A stretch of DNA of 64,000 nucleotides from assembly GCA_963726575.1 (NCBI GenBank), contig CAVSCR010000005.1, forward strand, positions 188,434 to 252,433. Reading direction: 5' to 3'. A model generated the notes under the pieces. The model was not told where the DNA came from. It ran no database searches and saw only the letters and a program-made list of their open reading frames with translations. Origin of the DNA: an uncultured Actinomycetota bacterium (GTDB lineage: Bacteria > Actinomycetota > Actinomycetes > JAHEKZ01). Positions 57,757-64,000 of the stretch are shown piece by piece. The position numbers and the translations under genes were made by a program. Numbering within the stretch: position 1 is the first letter of the stretch; every line of letters starts with the position of its first letter.

Positions 57757-59186
57757 GCGTGCCGTCGACTCGGCGGCCGCACGTGGTCGTTGCGAACTGG
57801 CGCGACGCCGGCCATCCCGACGCCGGCGGCGCCGAGGTGTACGCCGAGCAGATGGCCGCCGCCCTGCACCACCGCGGATATCGCGTGACGTTCCTCGCCG
57901 CCGCGCACCCAGGCGGCGCGGATTCGACGGCTCCCGACCGCGACGCGGCTGACGTTAGGCGAGTGCGCGCCGGCGGTCGCTGGACGGTGTACCCGCGCGT
58001 GGCCTGGTGGTTGGCCCGCCACCGAAGCGACGTCGACGTGGTCATCGACTGCCAGAACGGCATCCCGTTCTTCGCGCCCTTGTGGGTGCGCCGAACGACA
58101 GCGGTGGTCTGCGTCGTCCATCACGTGCACACCGACCAGTTCGGCCGACACTTCCCAACCCCGGTGGCGGCGCTCGGACGCTGGCTCGAAGGGCCGGTCG
58201 CCAGTCGTGTCTACGGTCGGCGCCCGGCGGTGGCGGTATCGCCGTCAACGGCCCGCGGCCTTCGGCAGCGCCTCGGCTGGCGCGGGTCCATCACGGTGGT
58301 GCCGAACGGCGCGCCGCCGGTCGGGCCGGAGCGAGACCACGCCCAGCGCGCTGTCGAGCCAACGGTGGTCAGCGTCGCGCGGCTGGTCGTGCACAAGCGA
58401 CTCGACCTCTTGATCGAGGCTGCGCGCCGACTCACGGCCCTGGTCCCCGGCGTACAGGTGCGGCTGATCGGCTCCGGACCAGAAGCGGCACATCTGACTG
58501 CCCTGATGTCCGGGTTGCGCGGCGTCGTCACGCCGACCGGCTGGCTGGACGACGCCGCGGTGGCGGCGGAGCTGGACCGCGCCTGGATTCACGTCGTCAC
58601 CACGGCCGGGGAGGGTTGGGGCTTGTCGGTCCTCGAGGCGGCGGCGCGGGGAGTGCCCACGATCGGGTTCGACGTCGAGGGCATCCGCGACTCGGTGCGG
58701 CGGGGGCGCACTGGTTGGCTCCTGCCAGACGGTGCGGATCTGGCCGCCGGACTCGCGGCCGCCCTCCGGGAGTTGTCGGTGCCCGATCGCGCCGCGAGCG
58801 TGGCGGCCGCCTGCCAGGAGTGGGCGTGTGAGTTCAGCTGGGAGGGCAGTGCCGGGCGGCTCATGGCGGTGCTCGAGACCGAGCTCGAACGGCGACGTGG
58901 GGTGGACCAGGAGCGACGTCAAGTGACCGATGATGCATGGGTGGTGGAGTTGCGCGCGCGCCCCGAGGCGTCCGGCGACGTCGCGGCTCGGCTCCGGCGC
59001 AGCGACCGCACGGGCGCGTGGCGGGGTCGGCCGTGGTGGTTGCTGCAGCAGTGCGGCAGATCTGGCGTCGAGGTGGTCCTGCGTCGGCTCGGCCGATCCG
59101 TCGACGACGTCGTGAGCATGCGGCCGGCCACCGACGAGGACCTGCTGCGCGCTGTGCCGCTACGGACCTGGGTGACTGCCCCGTGA
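57753..59186 (+). CDS. GT4 glycosyltransferase (Rv0225-like) with C-terminal extension
   Basis: NWRDAGHPDAGGAE, VIDCQNGIPFFAPLW, HHVHTDQF, AVSPST, RLVVHKRLD, EGWGLSVLEAAARGVP, GIRDSV..G.TG. Confidence 0.9.
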   Translation: MSVPSTRRPHVVVANWRDAGHPDAGGAEVYAEQMAAALHHRGYRVTFLAAAHPGGADSTAPDRDAADVRRVRAGGRWTVYPRVAWWLARHRSDVDVVIDCQNGIPFFAPLWVRRTTAVVCVVHHVHTDQFGRHFPTPVAALGRWLEGPVASRVYGRRPAVAVSPSTARGLRQRLGWRGSITVVPNGAPPVGPERDHAQRAVEPTVVSVARLVVHKRLDLLIEAARRLTALVPGVQVRLIGSGPEAAHLTALMSGLRGVVTPTGWLDDAAVAAELDRAWIHVVTTAGEGWGLSVLEAAARGVPTIGFDVEGIRDSVRRGRTGWLLPDGADLAAGLAAALRELSVPDRAASVAAACQEWACEFSWEGSAGRLMAVLETELERRRGVDQERRQVTDDAWVVELRARPEASGDVAARLRRSDRTGAWRGRPWWLLQQCGRSGVEVVLRRLGRSVDDVVSMRPATDEDLLRAVPLRTWVTAP

Positions 59187-62100
59187 GGCAGTCCCGTGAG
59201 ACGGGGGCGCCGGCCACCCGGGCGGCACCTGAGCCGGTCAGTGATCCGGTCAACGGACCGCCCGATATCGCTTCAGTGCGCCCGACGGTGCGTCATCGCC
59301 TGCGCCTGATGGTGGTGTGCGCAGGCTTGGTGACGCTGGCGTTCTTCCAGGCACCCGGGCTCGTGGTCGCCGACACCAAGCTCGACCTGGTGGTCGCGCC
59401 GACGCGGTTCCTCCAATCGGCCCTGCACCTGTGGGACCCGCAGCACGATTTCGGTCGGCTGCAGGACCAGGTGGTCGGCTACCTGTTCCCGATGGGGCCG
59501 GTCTTCGCCGCCGGTCATGCGCTGCACGTCCCGGCGTGGGTGATCCAGCGCAGTTGGCTGGCGGCGTTGTTGATCCTGGCGTTCCTCGGCGCGGTGCGGG
59601 TGAGCACGCGCCTGGGCGTGCGTGGTTCGTGGCCGGTGATCGTGGCCGGCGCCTTGTATGTGGCTGCTCCGCGGGCGCTCAGCCTGGCCGCGACCAACTC
59701 CTCCGAGCTCATTCCGTGGGCGCTGGCGCCTTGGGCGCTGGTCACCTTGCTGCCGAGGACGGGACCGATCACCCGGCGTAACGCGGCGCGGTCCGGTCTC
59801 GTCGTCGCTGCGATGGGCGGGATCAACGCCGCGGCGGTCGCCGCGGTGCTCCCGTTGTCCGCGCTGTGGCTGCTCACCCGGCGGTGGTCGTGGCGCCTGG
59901 CACGCATCGGCGGCTGGTGGTTGCTCGCGTTGGGGCTGGCCACCGCGTGGTGGCTCGTCCCTCTGCTGCTGCAGGCGCGCTACGGATTCGGCTTCCTGCC
60001 CTACACCGAGAGCGCCGTCACCACGACGTCGCACACGTCGCCGGGGGAGTCGTTACGTGGTGTGTCCGACTGGGTCGGATACCTCGGCGTCAGTGGGCAG
60101 CCCTGGTTGCGGGCCGGCTGGTGGTTGTCCACCGACGCAGTGGCCGCGGTGTTCACCGCCGTCGCCGCGGCCGGCGGCGCCGCCGGCTTGGCCCTCCCAC
60201 GAGTCCCGCACCGTCGCTTCTTGGTGTTGACGCTGACCGTGGGGCTGGTGGCGGTGACCCTGGGTCACGTCGGCGAGCTGTCGCCGATGTGGTCCCCGTC
60301 TTTCCAGCACCTGCTCGACGGCGCGTTCGCGCCGCTGCGCAACACCCACAAGTTCGACCCGCTGATCCGGCTGCCGCTGGCGGTCGGTCTTGGTCATCTG
60401 GTGTCCCGCGCGACTGTGCTGCTGCCCGGACGCCTGGACCTGCCGGCCCGACGCTTCGCGGCGTTCGGTGCCGCTGCGGTGGTCGCGGTCGTTGCGTGGC
60501 CGGCGGTCACCGCGGACCTTCCGTCCCGCGGCAGCTTCGCTGGCGTGCCCGCGTATTGGCAGGACGCGGCGGACTGGCTCGACGCCCACGCCGGCCAGAC
60601 GACCACACTCGCCTTGCCGGCGTCGGGGTTCGGCGAGTACACGTGGGGCCGTCCCCTCGACGAACCGTTGGCCGCGTTGTCCGGGACCGGCAGCGCCTCC
60701 CGCACGGTCATCCCGCTCGGCTCGACGGGGGAGATCCGGGTCCTGGACGCGGTCGAACGGGTCGTGGACTCCGGGCAGCCGTCCGCCGGGCTCGCGGCGT
60801 TCCTGCGCCGAGCGGGTGTGCAGTACGTACTGGTGCGCAATGACCTCGACCGCGCCGCCAGCGGCGCACCGTGGCCGGTCCTGGTCCACGCCAGTCTGGA
60901 CCGGTCTCCGGGCCTGGTCCCGGTGGCGCAGTTCGGTCCCACGGTCGGCCAGACCGTCGCGGGTGCGGCGGCGCTGCAGTACAGCGGGGACCTCGGGCTC
61001 GATGTGGGCTATCCCGCCCTGGAGATCTACCGGGTCGACGGAGCCGGCCAGCCGGTCAGCGTCTACCCGGCCGCGGGGGCGGTGGCCCTCAGCGGCGGGC
61101 CCGAGAGTCTGCTGCAACTGGCGTCGTCCGGGGCGCTCCGCGACCGGGCGACCGTGCTCAGTGCCGACGATCCGAGCGGACTGACGCTGTCCTCGACGGT
61201 GGTGACCGACGGCCTACGGCGTCGCGAGGTCAACTTCGGCCTGGTCCGGTACAACAGCTCGGCCACCCTCGCCGCCACCGACCCGTTCCGCATCGGTGCG
61301 CCGGCTCACGACTACCTGCCGGTCCCGGGGGTCGAGCACCAGACGGTCGGCGGCATGGCCGACGAGTCGGTGGTGTCGGCGTCCAGCTCCGCCGCCGACG
61401 CCTCGGTGATCGGCTTCATCCGCGGACCCCAGTTCAAGGCCGCGAACGCCTTCGACGACGACCCGAGCACCGCCTGGCTGTCGTCCCCCGACCAGTCGGT
61501 GGTCGGGCAGTGGGTCCGGCTCGGTCTGCCGACGACGGTGACTCCCACTCAGTTGGCGCTGCGCCTGGTCGACTACCCCACGCAGCCGCACATCGACCGG
61601 CTCACGATCTCCACCGACGCGGGCAGCGAGCAGGTGCGCCCGCAGGCCGGGGGTGGTGTCCAGGTCTTCCCCGTGCCGCCGGGCCCGACGCAATCGGTGA
61701 CGCTGCTCGTCGACTCGGTGCGGGGACCGCACCCGATCGGCACGGTGGTCGGGATCGTGGACGTGTCGATGCCACCCAGTCATCCCGAGTGGACGCTGAC
61801 CGTGCCGTCCGACTCGCCGGCGCCCGGTCCCACCACCTACGACTTCGCCCTGGCCCCCGGGTCCCGGCGGTCCTGCGTCCCCACGCCGGGGCTGGTGATC
61901 TGCCAGCCGCTGCTGAACGTGCCGGGGGAGGAGACCCGCCTGGATCGGACCTTCCAGGTGCCGACCGCGGAGTCGGTCGGCGGGACCGGGTGGGTGCTGC
62001 CACAGCCGGGGTCGGCTCTGGACGCGTTGCTGGCCACCGTCAGGAGCACGCCGACGGTGGCTGCGTCGTCGTCCCAGGTTCTCGATCCCGAGGGGAACGC

Positions 62101-63382
62101 CACCGCCGCCGTCGACGGCGATCCGCGCACCGCGTGGATCGCCGGTGGTGACCCCAACGTCACGTACACGCTCTCGTGGCCGCGGCCACGCACCTTGTCG
62201 TCGTTCCAGTTCGTGGATCCGGCCGGTCTGCCCGCGAGCCCTCCGGAGGTGATCGACGTCAGGACGACGCAGGGCGACCAGAGTGCGCTGGTCGACGACC
62301 ATGGCACCGCGACGCTGTCGCCGGTGCGCACTTCGTTCGTCTCGATCTCCTTCCCGCGAACGTTCCAGCGCTACTCGGCGGCGCTGGGGCAGGCGCCGGT
62401 GCCTTTGCCGGTCGGCTTCGCCGAACTGCGGGTGAACGGCGACACCAACGTCTTCACAGACGCAGCGACGCCGGTGCGGCTGCCGTGCGGGCACGGGCCG
62501 GCGGTGACGGTCGACGGCACCAGCCACGCCACCGCGGTTCGTGGGTCGCTGGGCGGTCTCGTAGCCGGTGGACTGCTGCGGCTGCGGGTCTGCGGTGACG
62601 GGCTGTCGCTGTCGGCCGGGTCACACCGCGTGGTGGCTGCACCCACGCGGTCGTTCGCGGTGTCCAGCCTCACCCTCACACCGGACGACATCGGCACGTC
62701 GAGCAGTGCCGGGACGAGCCGTGTCAGCGTCACAGCGACCGACTGGGGGACAGCCGACCGCACGGTCACCGTCACCGGCAACGAGACCGAACCGGTCCTG
62801 CTGGACGTCCACGAGAACGACAACGCGGGATGGGTCGCCACCGCGGACGGCAAGACGCTGACCGCGGTCCGGCTCGACGGCTGGCAGCAGGGCTGGCTGG
62901 TCCCGGCCGGCGTCGCCACCGTCCATCTCACCTACCGACCGGACTCGCTCTATCGCGCAGGGTTGGTCGGCTCGGCCGTGCTCCTTGTCGTACTGGTGGT
63001 CCTTGCGGTCCTTCCGTCCCGGCGTCCGCGGTCGGGCGTCAGGTGGCAGCGAGAGCCGGGACGCCGTCAGCAAGTGGTCGAGGTGGTCGCGATGCTCGCG
63101 CTCGGTGTGCTCGCCGGCGGGATCTGGTTCGTGCTGGCCGTGGCCGTGGCCGGCGCCCTGCGCTTGCTGCGCGCCGGCCGCTGGCTGCCGCTCGTGGCCG
63201 CGATCGGCGTGCTGGTCACCGCGTGGCCGGCTCTACCCACGGTGACGGCACCAGGTGCGATCGCCGTGGCATGGCCGGCCCGCGCGGCCACTGCCGCTGC
63301 CCTGCTGGCATTGTCCGTCATCGTCGTCGCCGCGGTCCCCGCGCGTGACCGGGGCCGTGCCCACCGGAAGGCTGCCGCGTGA
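59183..63382 (+). CDS. DUF3367 / AftD-like alpha-(1->3)-arabinofuranosyltransferase-family GT-C protein with discoidin/CBM-like domains
   Basis: DTKLDL, LWDP...FG.LQDQ..GYLFPMGP, WVIQRSW, ESLRG.SDW, LRNTHKFDP.IRLPL, WG.PLDEPL, YVLVRNDLD, NAFDDDPSTAW and AVDGDPRTAW repeats; start approximate. Confidence 0.88.
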   Translation: MRQSRETGAPATRAAPEPVSDPVNGPPDIASVRPTVRHRLRLMVVCAGLVTLAFFQAPGLVVADTKLDLVVAPTRFLQSALHLWDPQHDFGRLQDQVVGYLFPMGPVFAAGHALHVPAWVIQRSWLAALLILAFLGAVRVSTRLGVRGSWPVIVAGALYVAAPRALSLAATNSSELIPWALAPWALVTLLPRTGPITRRNAARSGLVVAAMGGINAAAVAAVLPLSALWLLTRRWSWRLARIGGWWLLALGLATAWWLVPLLLQARYGFGFLPYTESAVTTTSHTSPGESLRGVSDWVGYLGVSGQPWLRAGWWLSTDAVAAVFTAVAAAGGAAGLALPRVPHRRFLVLTLTVGLVAVTLGHVGELSPMWSPSFQHLLDGAFAPLRNTHKFDPLIRLPLAVGLGHLVSRATVLLPGRLDLPARRFAAFGAAAVVAVVAWPAVTADLPSRGSFAGVPAYWQDAADWLDAHAGQTTTLALPASGFGEYTWGRPLDEPLAALSGTGSASRTVIPLGSTGEIRVLDAVERVVDSGQPSAGLAAFLRRAGVQYVLVRNDLDRAASGAPWPVLVHASLDRSPGLVPVAQFGPTVGQTVAGAAALQYSGDLGLDVGYPALEIYRVDGAGQPVSVYPAAGAVALSGGPESLLQLASSGALRDRATVLSADDPSGLTLSSTVVTDGLRRREVNFGLVRYNSSATLAATDPFRIGAPAHDYLPVPGVEHQTVGGMADESVVSASSSAADASVIGFIRGPQFKAANAFDDDPSTAWLSSPDQSVVGQWVRLGLPTTVTPTQLALRLVDYPTQPHIDRLTISTDAGSEQVRPQAGGGVQVFPVPPGPTQSVTLLVDSVRGPHPIGTVVGIVDVSMPPSHPEWTLTVPSDSPAPGPTTYDFALAPGSRRSCVPTPGLVICQPLLNVPGEETRLDRTFQVPTAESVGGTGWVLPQPGSALDALLATVRSTPTVAASSSQVLDPEGNATAAVDGDPRTAWIAGGDPNVTYTLSWPRPRTLSSFQFVDPAGLPASPPEVIDVRTTQGDQSALVDDHGTATLSPVRTSFVSISFPRTFQRYSAALGQAPVPLPVGFAELRVNGDTNVFTDAATPVRLPCGHGPAVTVDGTSHATAVRGSLGGLVAGGLLRLRVCGDGLSLSAGSHRVVAAPTRSFAVSSLTLTPDDIGTSSSAGTSRVSVTATDWGTADRTVTVTGNETEPVLLDVHENDNAGWVATADGKTLTAVRLDGWQQGWLVPAGVATVHLTYRPDSLYRAGLVGSAVLLVVLVVLAVLPSRRPRSGVRWQREPGRRQQVVEVVAMLALGVLAGGIWFVLAVAVAGALRLLRAGRWLPLVAAIGVLVTAWPALPTVTAPGAIAVAWPARAATAAALLALSVIVVAAVPARDRGRAHRKAAA

Positions 63383-64000
63383 AGCGTTCGACGCCGGGGC
63401 ACTGGGAGCGGTACTGGCGCGACCAGGCGACCGCAGACGGCGCCGGTCTCGAGGCGTATCCGAACCACCAGCGACTTGTCGCCGCCTGCAGTGGGGTCGG
63501 TGGGCTGGATGGCGCGCGGGTGCTCGAGGTGGGAGCCGGTTCGGGTCAGGCAGCGGTGGAGCTGTCCCGGGGCGGCGCCGAGGTCACCGTGATCGACTAC
63601 GTGGAGTCCAGCCTGGCGGTCGTGCGCCATTACGCGGCACGAGCTGGGGTCTCGCTTCAGCTGCTTCGCGGTGACGCCTTCCACCTTCCGTTCGCCGACC
63701 GTTCCTTCGACTTCGTCGTGCACCAGGGCCTGTTGGAGCACTTCCGCAATCCGTGCGACCTCCTCGCAGAGAACTACCGCGTATTGCGTCCTGGTGGTCG
63801 CGCGGTCGTCGACGTGCCACAGCGCTGGCACCTTTACACACCGGTCAAGCGGACGCTGATCGCCACCGATCGCTGGTTCGCCGGCTGGGAGACGTCGTAC
63901 ACGATCGGTGAGTTGACCGAGCAGCTGCAGCAGGTCGGGTTCGTCGAGGAAGCACGGTTCGGCGACTGGATGGTGCCCAGCTTCGTCTACCGCAGCATCC
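63379..64000 (+). CDS. Class I SAM-dependent methyltransferase (3' truncated by window; absent from the ORF track)
   Basis: GTGA overlap; MKRSTPGHWERYW...VLEVGAGSG...GDAFHLPFADRSFDFV..QGLLEHF..P..LL.ENYRVLRPGG; open to the window end. Confidence 0.88.
   Translation, partial: MKRSTPGHWERYWRDQATADGAGLEAYPNHQRLVAACSGVGGLDGARVLEVGAGSGQAAVELSRGGAEVTVIDYVESSLAVVRHYAARAGVSLQLLRGDAFHLPFADRSFDFVVHQGLLEHFRNPCDLLAENYRVLRPGGRAVVDVPQRWHLYTPVKRTLIATDRWFAGWETSYTIGELTEQLQQVGFVEEARFGDWMVPSFVYRSI

Noticed and set aside
1-64000. CRISPR array, rRNA, IS elements or prophage genes
   Set aside because: None seen; the tandem repeats found are short in-frame coding repeats, and the palindromes are intergenic terminator-like hairpins.

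Overview
High-GC actinobacterial chromosome segment, apparently from a monoderm lineage since no secretin gene is present. The backbone is housekeeping: ruvB(partial)-yajC-secD-secF-relA, DUF349, cyclophilin, MBL hydrolase, hisS-aspS-rarA-alaS-ruvX-mltG-aroE, aroC-aroK-aroB-aroQ-pepQ-efp-nusB, tRNA-Leu(CAA), a Liv-type ABC transporter, a PaaI thioesterase and polA. It ends in an envelope-glycan cluster resembling mycobacterial Rv0224c-Rv0227c/Rv0236A/aftD. The standout is an ~18.4 kb block (18917-37415) between aroE and aroC. It encodes a type IVa pilus machine (pilB, pilT, pilC, two pilins, pilV/W/X-like minor pilins, pilMNO and a pilP-like gene; no pilD). It also carries a Roadblock/MglB-like + DUF4388 + MglA-like small-GTPase module, an O-antigen-ligase-like candidate pilin glycosyltransferase, and a c-di-GMP-I riboswitch on the major pilin. 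Seven copies of a sigma-28/FliA/WhiG-type promoter ((C/G)TCA-N17-(G/T)CCGA(A/T), always a 17-nt spacer) head these transcription units, including the GTPase module. This suggests one sigma-28- and c-di-GMP-controlled pilus system with a Myxococcus-like GTPase switch. Other oddities: an apparently circularly permuted ABC solute-binding lipoprotein, single-base frameshifts in pilT and pilX, a degenerate MshEN motif in PilB, and nusB reading antisense into a tRNA. All calls are from manual reading and recalled family motifs; no database search was run.
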